DNA of 64,000 nt from an uncultured Chloroflexia bacterium (lineage in GTDB: Bacteria; Chloroflexota; Limnocylindria; Limnocylindrales; CSP1-4). The translations under genes and the position numbers were made by a program. The notes beneath the pieces were generated by a model, which saw nothing but the letters and a program-made list of their open reading frames with translations, searched no databases and had not been told where the DNA came from. Shown in pieces: positions 9,840 to 20,786 of the stretch. The first letter of the stretch is position 1. Each line of letters starts with the position of its first letter. The stretch is from assembly GCA_963766735.1 (NCBI GenBank), contig CAVYBU010000008.1, forward strand, positions 192,001-256,000, read 5' to 3'.

Positions 9840-10365
9840 GCCGGCGCTCCACCACCACCGCGTCCACGGCCGCGGGATCCTCCAGGCGGATCACGGCCGA
9901 GAACCCCTCGCCCTCCAGCCGGCCGGCATCCCGGGTGGCGGCGACCCCGGTCAGGTGCGCGCGCACGGCGGCCTCCGGCACCGCCCGTGCGCCGCGGGCG
10001 GCGTTGCGGCCCAGGACGACGGCGTCCGGCAGGGCCAGGACGACCGCCACCGACGGCACGCCGGCCGCCTGCGCGCGGCCCAGGAGGGCTCGCCGGGCGT
10101 GCGCAGTGGCGTTGGTGGCGTCCACGACCGTGGTGTGTCCCGCCGCCAGGCGCCGTCCGAGGGCGCGGTGCAGCGCCGCGAATGCTGCCCCCGTGACCCG
10201 CTGGTCACCGGGGTCGCCGGCGATGGCCTCCCGGAACGCGTCGGAGGAAAGGACAGCCCCGGCGGGAAAGTGCCGAACGGCGAACGTGGACTTGCCGCTG
10301 CCGGCGGCGCCGATGAGCACGACGAGGCAGGGATCCGGGAGCGAGATGACGACACGGCCGGTCAT
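9835..10365 (-). CDS. AAA_33 P-loop kinase resembling the bacterial Pnkp polynucleotide kinase module
   Basis: LVVLIGAAGSGKSTFA, LSSDAFR, VVDATN, LEGEGF. Confidence 0.8.
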   Translation of the reverse strand: MTGRVVISLPDPCLVVLIGAAGSGKSTFAVRHFPAGAVLSSDAFREAIAGDPGDQRVTGAAFAALHRALGRRLAAGHTTVVDATNATAHARRALLGRAQAAGVPSVAVVLALPDAVVLGRNAARGARAVPEAAVRAHLTGVAATRDAGRLEGEGFSAVIRLEDPAAVDAVVVERRR

Positions 10366-10415
10366 CCGTGCATCATGCCGCGCGCCCGCAGCCAGACGAT
10401 GGGCGAAGATGAGGC

Positions 10416-11858
10416 ATGACCCGCATCGCCATCGCCTGGTTCCGCCGGGATCTCCGCATCCACGACAACCCCGCCCTCACGGCGGCAGTGGCGTCGGCGG
10501 ACGTGGTCATCCCGGTGTTTGTCTTCGATGACGCATTGCTCAACGGCCGCTGGCCCGCGCCGAACCGCGTCTGGTTCATGCGCGAGTCGGTGGTGGCGCT
10601 GTCCGCGGCGCTCGCGGAGCGGGGCGCAGGACTCCGGATCCTGAGCGGCCGGGCGGCCGAGGTGATCCCGGCCTTTGCCCGTGAGGCAGGGGCGTCGGAC
10701 CTGTTCCTCACCCGTGACGCGACCCCCTATGGCCTCCGGAGGGATCGCGCCGTCGTGGCGGCGCTCGAGGGGACCGGCACCACCGTCCACGCACTCCGCG
10801 GCCTCTACGTCCACGAGCCGGATGAGATCGCCACGCGGGACGGGCGTCCGTACACGGTCTACGGCCCGTTCCGGCGCGCGTGGGACCTCCGCCCGAGACG
10901 TGCCGTCCTGACGACTCCCGACCGGATCCCTGTGCCGCGTGGCGCCGCTCCCCGGCCGGACCCGGTGCCGGAGGTCGCACCGCCGACCGCGGATCGTGCG
11001 CTCATCCCGGCGCCCGGCGAGGCAGACGCCAGAGCTCGGCTCGCCCGCTGGCTGGCGGCGGCCGTGGACGCACCGGTGGACGCACCGGTGGACGCCTACG
11101 CCGCCTCGCGCAATCGACTGGACCTGGACGGCTCGTCCCGTCTCAGCCAGGACCTGCGGTTCGGGTTGCTCTCCCCGGTGGAGGTGGTGGACCGGGCCGC
11201 CGGGGACGCGGACGGCAGACGCACCTTCACCCGCGAGATCGCATGGCGGGAGTTCTATGCCCACGTGCTGTGGCACCACCCGTTCGTCGCCAGGGAGCCG
11301 TTCCGGTCCTCGTTCGCCCGGTTGCCGTTTCGCGAGGATCCGCTCGCGTTCACAGCCTGGGCCGAGGGCCGCACCGGCTACCCGGTCGTCGACGCGGCGA
11401 TGCGCCAGCTGAGGGCCGCCGGTTTCGTGCACAACCGTGGGCGAATGATCGCCGCGTCGTTCCTTGCCAAGCACCTGCTCCTTGACTACCGCCTGGGCGA
11501 GACGGAGTTCATGCGTCACCTGGTCGACGGCGACCTTGCCTCCAACAACGGCGGCTGGCAGTGGACGGCGAGCACGGGCACCGACCCCCAGCCGTACTTC
11601 CGCGTCTTCAACCCCACCCTGCAGGGCGAGCGCTTCGACCCGGGTGGCGCCTACGTCCGACGCTGGGTCCCGGAGCTGCGGGGAGTCCCGGACACGTACA
11701 TCCACGAGCCGTGGCGGATGAGCGAGGCCGCCCAGGCGGCAGCCGGCTGCCAGATCGGGGTGGACTACCCGCAGCCGATCGTGGACCACGCGGAGGCCCG
11801 CGCCCGGGCGCTGGCCGTATACGGTGCGACGAAGGCGCAGTCCGGGGAGGGACGCTAG
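10416..11858 (+). CDS. phrB: Deoxyribodipyrimidine (class I CPD) photolyase
   Basis: WFRRDLRIHDNPAL, SRLSQDLRFG, WREFY, GRTGYPVVDAAMRQL, HNRGRM, SNNGGWQW, YFRVFNP. Confidence 0.95.
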   Translation: MTRIAIAWFRRDLRIHDNPALTAAVASADVVIPVFVFDDALLNGRWPAPNRVWFMRESVVALSAALAERGAGLRILSGRAAEVIPAFAREAGASDLFLTRDATPYGLRRDRAVVAALEGTGTTVHALRGLYVHEPDEIATRDGRPYTVYGPFRRAWDLRPRRAVLTTPDRIPVPRGAAPRPDPVPEVAPPTADRALIPAPGEADARARLARWLAAAVDAPVDAPVDAYAASRNRLDLDGSSRLSQDLRFGLLSPVEVVDRAAGDADGRRTFTREIAWREFYAHVLWHHPFVAREPFRSSFARLPFREDPLAFTAWAEGRTGYPVVDAAMRQLRAAGFVHNRGRMIAASFLAKHLLLDYRLGETEFMRHLVDGDLASNNGGWQWTASTGTDPQPYFRVFNPTLQGERFDPGGAYVRRWVPELRGVPDTYIHEPWRMSEAAQAAAGCQIGVDYPQPIVDHAEARARALAVYGATKAQSGEGR

Positions 11859-13565
11859 GGCCGGGCGGGCTCCGCCGATGGCGCGACGGAGGAAGTTGTC
11901 GGGGCCGGCGTCGGTGGAGCGGTCGGACCGGCGCGTGGGCGGTGCGGTCGGCTTGGCCGTGGGCGGTGCGGTCGGCTTGGCCGTTGGCGCACTCGTGGGG
12001 CCCGCGCTCGGCGGGCCGGACGGCTGTGCCGTGGGTGTCGGCCTTGACGTCGGCTTGGGCGTGGCCTTGATCCCGCAGGTCGTGGACGACGATGCCCGCC
12101 TCGTGCTGCCCGTCCCGGCCGAGGGCATCGTCTCAAAGCCCTCGGGTCGCGTCCCGGCCGGCGTGAACAGCCGCGCGGCCATCGCCTTGATCTTCTTGAG
12201 ATCAGGCAGCTGGATCGAACCTCGCTTGTCGTAGCCGCTCCGCACCAGCGGGTGCTTGACCACCGTCCGGAAGACGTCCTTGCGGCCGACATCGGCTGCG
12301 GCGTCGATGTAATCCGCGATGAACGATGGCTTGATGTTGGTGGTGATCGTCCTGCCGAGCGACTTGAGGAACGCGCCCGGGTTCTCCAGGAATGCTCCGC
12401 GCACCATGCGGTCCCGCAGAGCCGCGATGAGCTCCTGCTGGCGGGCCGCCCGGGTGAAGTCGCTCTCGCCTGCCGCCTTCCGGACCCGGGCATAGGCGAG
12501 CGCCTGGTTTCCGTTCATGCGATAGCGGCCGGGTGACACGCCGAAGCCCGCGATGCCGTACTCCTTGTACCTCGGGTCGCAGAAGCCGTCCGTGACGTTG
12601 ATCGTCACGCCGCCGACGGAGTCCACGAGGTATACGAACCCGCCCAGGTTCACCTGTGCCCACATGTCGATCTCGAGGCCCAGCAGGCCGCCGATCGCCG
12701 CGGCGAGCACGGACTGGCCGTCCCTGGCGCCGGGGAACTTGCCCGGGTGCCAGCGCACGTAGGAGACGAGGCCGTTGATCTTGCCCTTGAACGTGCGTCC
12801 GTCGGGCAGCGGCACGTCCACGAGGTCGCGCGGGATGGACGCCATCGAAACGGTCCGTCCGACCGGGTCGAGCGACGCGACGATCATCGTGTCCGTGAGG
12901 GCGGTGTTGCGGCCCACTCCCGAGTCCATCCCGATCAGCAGCACGTTGACTCGCGGGATCCCGGGTGTGGGGGAGGGTGACGGCGAGGCCTCGGCCGATG
13001 CTGACGGCGTCGGCGAGGATTCGATGCCGAAGTCCGGGTCGTCCGACTCGACCGGCGGCGGCGTCTCTGCGGGCACCCACGCGCCGCCGGAGTCCACCGG
13101 TTCGAAGACGGCCGCCGCCGCGCTCCTGGCCTCCAGCGTGAGGCCCGCCAGCCAGATCTGCGGCCCGACCACGATCGCAACGGCGACCAGCCCGGCCGCC
13201 AGCGTGGTGAATGGGGGCCGGAAGGTAGTGATGGCGCGGACGGCCCCGAGGGCCATGAGCCGCCAGCCGAGCACCACCACCTGGAGTGCGAGCAGCACGC
13301 CGAGGACCGCCGGGTCGAACAGGCGCGTCGCGAACGAGGTGGCGCTCCCGGTCGCGATGGCGATCACGGCGACGCCGCCCATCACCACCATGAGGGCCAC
13401 CAGCGGCAAGCCCAGCGCGGCTGCCCAGCGCGACCGTCCCGCGACCTGGTGGCCGAGGCCCGGGAAGATCGCGCTCAGCAGCAGCAGGCGCGGCGCGGTC
13501 GCCCGACCCGGGCGGCGTCCGGGTCGGGCCTGGGTGGGGCGGCGGACGGGTGTCGGGTCTGGCAT
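11855..13565 (-). CDS. LCP (LytR-CpsA-Psr) family protein; frameshift near 11930
   Basis: NVLLIGMD, TDTMIVASLD, SIPRD, ALAYARVR, SDFTRAARQQ; Pro/Thr tail finishes in another frame at 11855. Confidence 0.9.
11934..11981. repeat. 24-bp tandem repeat encoding PTAKPTAP-type linker
   Basis: cgtgggcggtgcggtcggcttggc x2. Confidence 0.85.
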
Positions 13566-13773
13566 CGCGCGCAAGGATGCGGGTCCTTCCAGGATCGTGC
13601 AACGCGGCGTCGCGGGACCCGGTTCCGTCAAGGCGCCTGTTCGGGCCCAAGCCTCCGCTCGCCTCGAGGGGCCGGCGGTGGCGACCTCCGCCTGGTGCGT
13701 GCGCGCAGGAAGCCTGTTCCCTCAATCGGCGCACTGCGCTAGGATCGCGTCATGACGACCGGAGTGCCTCCAA

Positions 13774-14769
13774 GTGCCCAACCTGCTGCAGCGGTCGCGG
13801 CTGCGCGGATCGCGGCCTGGCGTGCTCCTGGAGCCGCCGTTCGCGCCTGACGAGAACCAGCCCGACATCATCGCGTCGGGCGATGTCCGCTGGCTGAACC
13901 TTGAGCGTCCGCGCGAGGCGGACCGCGAGTGGCTGGAGCGGGAGTTCGGCTTCCACCCCCTGGCCATCGAGGACGTTGCGTCGCGCAACCAGCGTCCGAA
14001 GCTGGACGCGTACGACGACTACCTGTTCATCGTCCTGCACTTCGGGGTGTTCGACAAGTCGCAGGACCGCCTGCTCACCGCGGAGCTCGACCTGTTCGTC
14101 GGGCCGGATTTCCTGATCACGCTTCCGGACCGGAACCTGCCGCCGCTGGCGGCGATGTTCGAGCGCTACCGCGAGCGCGACGAGGTGCGGGATGGCGTCT
14201 TCTCCAAGGGCACCGGATACCTCCTCTACAAGATCGTCGATACCTGCGTGGACGCGTCGTTCCCGATGCTGCGCAAGATGGGCGCCAAGCTGGACCAGCT
14301 GGAGGACGACATCTTCGAGGGACGGTCCGCGGAGATCGTGCGCGAACTGTCGAACGCGAAGCAGGAGATCATCAACTTCCGCCGCGTGGTCCGCCCGATG
14401 CGAGCGGTGCTCCGTGACCTGGAGCGCACGAAGCAGCGCTATCTCGCCGAGGACCTCGACATCTACTTCGACGACATCACGGACGCCGCCGAGCGGATCT
14501 GGGACGTGCTGGAGAACTACAAGGAGGTCGCGGAGGCACTGGAGGACTCGAACGAGTCGGTGCTCTCACACCGGCTGAACCAGAGCCTGCGCGTGCTGAC
14601 CGCCTTCAGCGTGGCGCTGCTGCCGCTGACGCTGATCGCCAGCATCGGCGGCATGAACGTGGACCTGCCGGGTGACGAGACCCTGACCGAGTTCTGGCTG
14701 ATCATCGGGGTGATGGCGCTGACGCTCGCGGGCGTGCTGCTGTTCTTCCGCAGGCGCGGGTACCTGTAG
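13774..14769 (+). CDS. corA: CorA family Mg2+ transporter
   Basis: FHPLAIED, QRPKLD, GMN motif (GGMNV), two C-terminal TM helices. Confidence 0.93.
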   Translation: MPNLLQRSRLRGSRPGVLLEPPFAPDENQPDIIASGDVRWLNLERPREADREWLEREFGFHPLAIEDVASRNQRPKLDAYDDYLFIVLHFGVFDKSQDRLLTAELDLFVGPDFLITLPDRNLPPLAAMFERYRERDEVRDGVFSKGTGYLLYKIVDTCVDASFPMLRKMGAKLDQLEDDIFEGRSAEIVRELSNAKQEIINFRRVVRPMRAVLRDLERTKQRYLAEDLDIYFDDITDAAERIWDVLENYKEVAEALEDSNESVLSHRLNQSLRVLTAFSVALLPLTLIASIGGMNVDLPGDETLTEFWLIIGVMALTLAGVLLFFRRRGYL

Positions 14770-14824
14770 CTGCGCCGCGCGCCGGCAGCGCGACGCGCCA
14801 CCCGGACCCGCGACCGGCGATCGA

Positions 14825-15943
14825 CTACCCCTTCGGGAGCGGGCGCTCTCCAAAGCCAACGTACTTCACGTCCGGGCGGATCAGCCGGTTGTTCGCGCCC
14901 TGCTCGATCGCATGGGCGGTCCAGCCGGCGTGGCGTGCCAGCGCGAACGTTGCGGGGAAGAGGTCCGGCGTAAGGCCCACGCCCATGAGGACGGGCGCCG
15001 CGTAGAACTCGACGTTGGTCTTGAGGGCCCGGTCCGGGTGCTTCTCCGCCAGGACGCGCAGGGCGACGTCCTCGACCGACATTGCGAGCGCCAGCCAGTC
15101 CGGCTTGTGCTCCATGCCCTCGGCCACCTCGCGCAGGGCGGCGGCGCGTGGATCGTAGGCCCGGTACACGCGGTGCCCGAAGCCCATCAGGCGCACGTTG
15201 TTCGCGATCGCGTCGCGGACCCACTCCTCGGCGTGTTCCGGTGTGCCCACCTGGTGGATCTGCTCCACGACCTCGGACGGGGCGCCGCCGTGGAGCGGGC
15301 CCTTCATCGCACCGATGGCGCCGCAGACGGCCGACGCGATGTCCGCGCGGGTGGAGGTGATGACGCGGCAGGTGAACGTCGAGGCGTTGAAGCCGTGCTC
15401 GGCGCCGACGATGAAGTACGCGTCCAGCGCGCGGGCCGTGGCCTCGTCCGGCTTCTCACCGTTGATCTGGTACAGGAACCCGGCGACGAGATCGAGGTCC
15501 GGGTCCGGTGCGACCGGCTCCAGGCCCTGACGGAGGCGGGCGAACGCGGCCAGCGCGGACGGCGAGAACGCCGTGAGCGCGCGGGCCTGCTCGGCGGTCG
15601 GCGGCCACGCCGGGTCGGTCACCGCACCCCAGGCCGACACCGCGGTCCGAAGGGCGTCCATCGGCCGGGCGTCGTGCGGCAGGGCGCGGAGGGCCATCAT
15701 CACGCCGTCCGGCACCGGCTGGCAGGGCAGCTTCGCGTCCGGCTTCCAGTCACCGGTCCAGAGCAGCTCCGTGATCGCCGCATACGACCCGCTCCTCACC
15801 AGATCGCCGATGGGGTAGCCGCGGTAGAGCAGGCGGCCAGCCTCGCCGTCGATGTAGGAGAGGGTGGTCTCGCCGGCGATGACGCCCTCGAGGCCGGGGG
15901 AGTAGGAGCGGGTGTCGGCAGGCGTGGGGACAGGATCGGTCAT
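14825..15943 (-). CDS. Citrate synthase / 2-methylcitrate synthase
   Basis: GLEGV, EHGFNASTF, GPLHGGAP, GFGHRVY, NVEFY. Confidence 0.93.
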   Translation of the reverse strand: MTDPVPTPADTRSYSPGLEGVIAGETTLSYIDGEAGRLLYRGYPIGDLVRSGSYAAITELLWTGDWKPDAKLPCQPVPDGVMMALRALPHDARPMDALRTAVSAWGAVTDPAWPPTAEQARALTAFSPSALAAFARLRQGLEPVAPDPDLDLVAGFLYQINGEKPDEATARALDAYFIVGAEHGFNASTFTCRVITSTRADIASAVCGAIGAMKGPLHGGAPSEVVEQIHQVGTPEHAEEWVRDAIANNVRLMGFGHRVYRAYDPRAAALREVAEGMEHKPDWLALAMSVEDVALRVLAEKHPDRALKTNVEFYAAPVLMGVGLTPDLFPATFALARHAGWTAHAIEQGANNRLIRPDVKYVGFGERPLPKG

Positions 15944-16036
15944 GCGCGAATGTTAGCCTCCCGGCCGAGTCCGTGACGTGCCGCCGGCTGCGGTGAGGCG
16001 AACCGGGAGGACGTCATCGTGTGACTGCCCAGTGCG

Positions 16037-16870
16037 TCAGTCGGCGAAGAACGACTGGAGGTGGGCGAGGAACTCGGCGGGGTGCGTGTGGTGCGCCGCA
16101 TGGCGCGCGCCCTCGATGACTTCGAGGTGGCCCTTCGCGAGGCTGGCGTCGAGAGCCACGGCACCGTCCCGGAACCAGGCGGGGGACAGGGAGCCGGTCA
16201 GCTGCAGGACGGGGACGGTCACCAGCGCGAGGGTGTCCGCGGCGATCGCCGGAGCGTGGAGGGCGGCGTCCAGCTCGCGGACGACGGTCGGGCCGGCTGC
16301 TGCCCGCCGCGCCCAGATGGGGTCGGCGCGGAACGCCGAGAGCTCCGCCGCCGGCATGCCCACAGCCTCCGTCATGAATCGTGCGAGCAGCCCGTCCAGG
16401 TCACCCGCCGCGAGGTCCGCACGGAGACGGCGGAGCAGCTCCTCGTCATCGCTCCGCCCCGACGCATCACGTGCCGCGGGCGCGCCCTCGTAGGCGACGA
16501 TCCGCCGGATGCTCCCCGTCAGCCGACTCGCGGCCAGCGCAATCCGCCCGCCCAGCGAATGCCCGACGACGTCGATCGGTCCACCTGCCTCGTCCGCCAG
16601 GATGTCCGCGACCGCAGCGACGTCCTCCAGCTCGCGGTCGATCGCATAGGCCGCCCCGTCGCTCGAGTTCCCGCGGCCCCGCCGGTCCAGCGCGTGGACC
16701 CTCCGCCGGCCCGCGAGGTCCGGTGCCACCACCCGCCACGTGCGGTGATCCGCGCTGGTCCCGTGCACCAGCAGCACGTCCGGCCCCAGTCCTGCCGAGA
16801 ACACGGCGATGGACGTGCCATCGCGGGACGTGATGATGCGGCTCGGCGCGTCGGGGAAGGGCGCGACCAT
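16037..16870 (-). CDS. Alpha/beta hydrolase
   Basis: LVHG, DRRGRG, GHSLGG, C-terminal His. Confidence 0.88.
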   Translation of the reverse strand: MVAPFPDAPSRIITSRDGTSIAVFSAGLGPDVLLVHGTSADHRTWRVVAPDLAGRRRVHALDRRGRGNSSDGAAYAIDRELEDVAAVADILADEAGGPIDVVGHSLGGRIALAASRLTGSIRRIVAYEGAPAARDASGRSDDEELLRRLRADLAAGDLDGLLARFMTEAVGMPAAELSAFRADPIWARRAAAGPTVVRELDAALHAPAIAADTLALVTVPVLQLTGSLSPAWFRDGAVALDASLAKGHLEVIEGARHAAHHTHPAEFLAHLQSFFAD

Positions 16871-16881
16871 GGCGGGCAGCC

Positions 16882-17691
16882 CTACTCGCGCGGCAGCTCG
16901 GACGCCGCGGCCTCGTCCAGGATCCACGTTGCGTTGGTGGCCATCGTCATGCGCACCGGCAGATCGCGGGCGTCGTCGCCGCCCCAGGCCGCGCCGAGCA
17001 CGGCCGCCTTGGACGCCCCGGTGGACACCACGAGGACGGATCTCGCGGCAGCGACGACGTCCGGGTGCATCGTCACGCGCTCCACGTGCGGTTCCACGTG
17101 GGTCGGGGCCGGCACCGCCCGCACGAGCGATCCCTCCTCCCAGACCGCGGACCCGGGGAAGACCGAGAGCACGTGGCCGTCGGGGCCGACGCCCAGCACC
17201 AGGACGTCGAAGGCCGGAACGCCCTCCTGATCCCGTCCGGGGCCTTCAAGGAGGAGCGACGTCTCGTAGGCCGCCGCCGCACCGACGGGGCCGTCACCGT
17301 TGACGATGGCCTCGGCGACCGGTACCGGGTGCACGTTCGAGACCGGGATCCGGACCCCGCCGTGGTCGCCGTCGTCCCCTTCGGCGGCCAGCAGCATCTC
17401 GTTGAGCGGCAGCACGTTCGAGAGTGGGTCGTCGGCCGGGACGAACCGGTCGTCGCCCCACCAGACGTGGACGCTCGACCAGTCCACGAGATCCCGGAGG
17501 GGCGGGACGCGCAGGTGCCGGTAGATCCCCGGGGCCGCCGAGCCACCCGTGGTGGACCAGTGGGCAACGCCGCGTTCCGCGATCGCGGCCGCCAGGGCGA
17601 CGACGATCGCTGTCGCCGCGGCCTCGGCCGCAGCGTCGGGCGTCGGCAGGACGCGGACGATGGGCAGGCGACGGGGGCGCGGGGCGATCAT
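16882..17691 (-). CDS. pgl: 6-phosphogluconolactonase
   Basis: TGGS, WWGDDRFVP, LGVGPDGH; lies in the zwf operon. Confidence 0.92.
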   Translation of the reverse strand: MIAPRPRRLPIVRVLPTPDAAAEAAATAIVVALAAAIAERGVAHWSTTGGSAAPGIYRHLRVPPLRDLVDWSSVHVWWGDDRFVPADDPLSNVLPLNEMLLAAEGDDGDHGGVRIPVSNVHPVPVAEAIVNGDGPVGAAAAYETSLLLEGPGRDQEGVPAFDVLVLGVGPDGHVLSVFPGSAVWEEGSLVRAVPAPTHVEPHVERVTMHPDVVAAARSVLVVSTGASKAAVLGAAWGGDDARDLPVRMTMATNATWILDEAAASELPRE

Positions 17692-19055
17692 GGGTCGACG
17701 TCTCCCGCGAGGCGCGCGGCCATGCGGATGGTTTCCACCGCGAGCGGATCGCGGCCTCCCATCTCGAGGGCCTCGCCCAGCAGGTCGGCATCCGTGGGTC
17801 GCGGCGCCTTGAACGTCCGGTCCATCGCCTCAACGCCGTCCAGCCAGGCGTGGACGTGGACGTTCTCCGCCTCGGCGGTCACGTCCGCGCGCAGCTCCGA
17901 GCCGCGCCGGTCGGCGAGCAGCTCCACGCGCAGTGTCGTCCCGGCGGGCATCGGGGAGGCGATCGGCCGGATCACGACCGCCACGTCGGAGGTCTTGCTG
18001 CGCAGGCGCGCCGCGAGCCCGTGGTGGAGCGGCGCCCTCTCGCCGGGCCGGGGCCGTCCGCCCGTGCCCCCGCCCGCGCCCCGGCGGCCCCCCCGTGCCT
18101 GCCCCCGTGCTTCGACCGGCGTCAATGGGGACACGACCCGCATCCCCAGCCGGGACGCCAGCCAGGCCGCGTGGTACAGCGGCTTGACGACGTTGGTCGT
18201 GCCGGGTGCTCCCGTCTCGTCGTGCGTCCCGTAGGTGACCGCGATCCGCCGGACGTGCCCGAGGAAGGGGAGGAACTCCGCGAGGTCGAAGACGGTGGCG
18301 ATTGCCTCGCGCCAGCGCGACTGCCGGACCAGGGCGAAGTCACGGATCGCGATCCGCTCGTGCTCGTCGTACAGGCGGGCGAGCTGGCGGAGGCGCACCA
18401 GGCCATCACCGGACCAGCCCGAACCGTCCACCACGAGGCGGTCTGCGATGTCCAGCAGCTCGACCGTGGGGACCGAGTCCAGCGGCGGCTCGCCGGGCCA
18501 CCAGGCGGTCACCGGCAGGTCGTGGATGAGCAGCGGGGCCACCAGCGCGGTCAGGTGTCGGCCCGGTCTCGCCCCCTGCCGTGAGGTGGATCACCTCCGA
18601 GCACATCTCCGGGGCATCGGGCCGCGGCAGGACGCAGTGGGCCTCGATCCGGGCGTCCAGCCAGGGCGGCCCGTCCGGATCCGCGGAGAGCACGACCATC
18701 GTGCGGCTGGGGTGCCGGCCGGCCAGGCGGCTGATGATCTCCGCCGCCCACTCGCCCACCTCCGGCTTCTGCGCGATGACCACCAGGTTCATCACGCTGG
18801 TCCGGGCCGCGATGTACCGGCCGCGCCGCTCGCCGTTCGCGTCCACCATCAGGTTCGGCTGGGCCCAGATCCGCGCCAGCTCCGTCTCGATGTCGTCGAT
18901 GGTGCGGGCGCGGGACAGCCAGCGCAGCATCGGCTCTCCCGGTCTCGAGCGCCTCGAGCGGCTCGATCCGCCCGCCGCCGCTCGCCCTCGTCCCGACGGC
19001 GATGATCTCGCCCGGCTCCGGCGCCCCGGCCGGGGCGGCCTAGATCCTGCGCCAC
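17688..19055 (-). CDS. opcA: Glucose-6-phosphate dehydrogenase assembly protein OpcA (frameshifted)
   Basis: RTSVMNLVV, HPSR, CSEVIHL, PLLIHDLPVTAWWPG, RLVVD, WREAIA; start uncertain (GTG 19055 or ATG 18930). Confidence 0.82.
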
Positions 19056-20784
19056 CGTCGGCCCTCGCGGGCGAGAAGGTCGTCGGCGGCCTCGGGACCC
19101 CACGTGCCCGCCTCGTAGTTCGGGAAGGGGGAGCCTCCTGCTCGGCCCAGGCGGCGACGATCGGGTCCACGATCGACCACGCCTCCTCCACCTCGTCGGC
19201 CCGGGTGAACAGCGAGGCGTCGCCCAGGAGCACGTCCAGGATCAGCGTCTCGTAGGCATCCGGGCTGTCCGTCTGGAACGCGGAGCCGTAGGTGAAGTCC
19301 ATCGTCACGTTGCGGACGTCGATGCCCAGGCCCGGGACCTTGGCACCGAAGCGGAGCATGATCCCCTCGTCCGGCTGGATCCGCATCGCCAGCAGGTTGG
19401 GCTCCGGGTCCGCGGCGCTGTCCCGGAACAGCTGGTGCGGAACCTCCTTGAACTGGATCGCGATCTCGGTCGCCCGCTTGGGGAGACGCTTGCCCATCCG
19501 CAGGAAGAACGGGACCCCGGACCAGCGCCAGTCGTCGATCGTGAGGCGGGCCGCGATGTAGGTCTCGGTCTCGGACGCAGGATCGACGTCGGGTTCCGCG
19601 CGGTATCCGGGGACCGGCTTGGCCGACACCCACCCTGGGCCGTACTGCCCGCGCACGACGTCGCGGCGCGCCTGCTCCGGGGTGAGCCTGCCGACGGCGC
19701 GGATGACCTTGACCTTCTCGTCGCGCAGCGCATCGGCCTCGAAGGTTGCCGGCGGCTCCATCGCGACCAGGCTCAGCAGCTGGAGAAGGTGGTTCTGGAG
19801 GACGTCGCGGCTGGCGCCGGTCTCCTCGTAGAACGCGCCGCGGCTCTCGATCCCGATGGACTCCGCCACGGTGATCTGCACGTGGTCGATGTGGCGGCGG
19901 TTCCAGATGGGCTCGAAGATGCCGTTGCCGAACCGGAAGACCAGCAGGTTCCGGACCGTCTCCTTGCCCAGGTAGTGGTCGATGCGGTAGACCTGCCGCT
20001 CGCCGGAAGACCTTCCCGACCTCGCGGTTGAGGCGGATCGCGGAGTCAAGGTCCCGCCCGAACGGCTTCTCGATGACGACCCGGCGCCAGCCGCCTTCGT
20101 GGCGTTCGTGGTCCAGGCCCACCCGGCCGATCTGGGCGACGATCTCCGCGAACGCCGACGGTTGCGTGGCCAGGTAGAAGACCCGGTTGCCGCGGGTGCC
20201 GTGCGTCCTGGTCGAGGCCGTCCAGGAGCTCGCGCCAGGGACGTGTACGCGGCGGGATCGGCGAAGTCACCGCGGTGGTAGACGATCCGGGAGGCGAGAT
20301 CGTCCCACGCCTCCGCATCAACCGGCTGGACGCGCGAGTACCTGTCCAGCGACTCCTTCAGCTCCCGCCGGAAGGTCTCGTCCGTGTACGGGCGGCGGCC
20401 GACGGCCACCAGCGTGAACTCGTGGGGGAGCAGGTGCGTGCGCCAGAGCTGGAACAGCGCCGGGATGACCTTGCGATGGGCGAGGTCGCCGGTGGCGCCG
20501 AACAGGACGAAGACGGCCGGCTCCGGGACGCGCTCCAGGCGGAGACCTTCGCGGAGCGGGTTGTCCAGGGGCTTTGCCGCGGGGGTGCGGCGCCGGCTCT
20601 CCGTGGCGAGACGCAGGTCCCGCATGGTGCGCGGGGCGTCCTTCCTGCAGGCGGCGCGGAGGTCGCGGGCGCGGAGCTCGCGGGCGCGGACGTCGCGGGC
20701 GCGGAGCTCGCGGGCGCGGACGTAGCTGGCGCGGGTCGCGGGCGCGCCGGGCGTCCTGGCGGCGGCCTCCGGACGTTTCGCCAC
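19040..20784 (-). CDS. zwf: Glucose-6-phosphate dehydrogenase (frameshifted)
   Basis: FGATGDLA, IEKPFG, YRIDHYLGKE, RWSGVPFF, RIQPDEG, YEAGTWGP spread over several frames. Confidence 0.93.
20660..20722. repeat. 15-bp tandem repeat (about 4 copies) in the zwf 5' extension
   Basis: tcgcgggcgcgga(gc/cg) units. Confidence 0.8.
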
Positions 20785-20786
20785 GT

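Noticed and set aside
11063-11096. 12-bp repeat in photolyase (VDAP units)
   Set aside because: Short in-frame slippage with no evidence of function.
10362-11854. 1089-aa LCP mega-ORF running antisense through photolyase
   Set aside because: Read-through from a frameshift near 11930; the extension is the stop-poor antisense of phrB.
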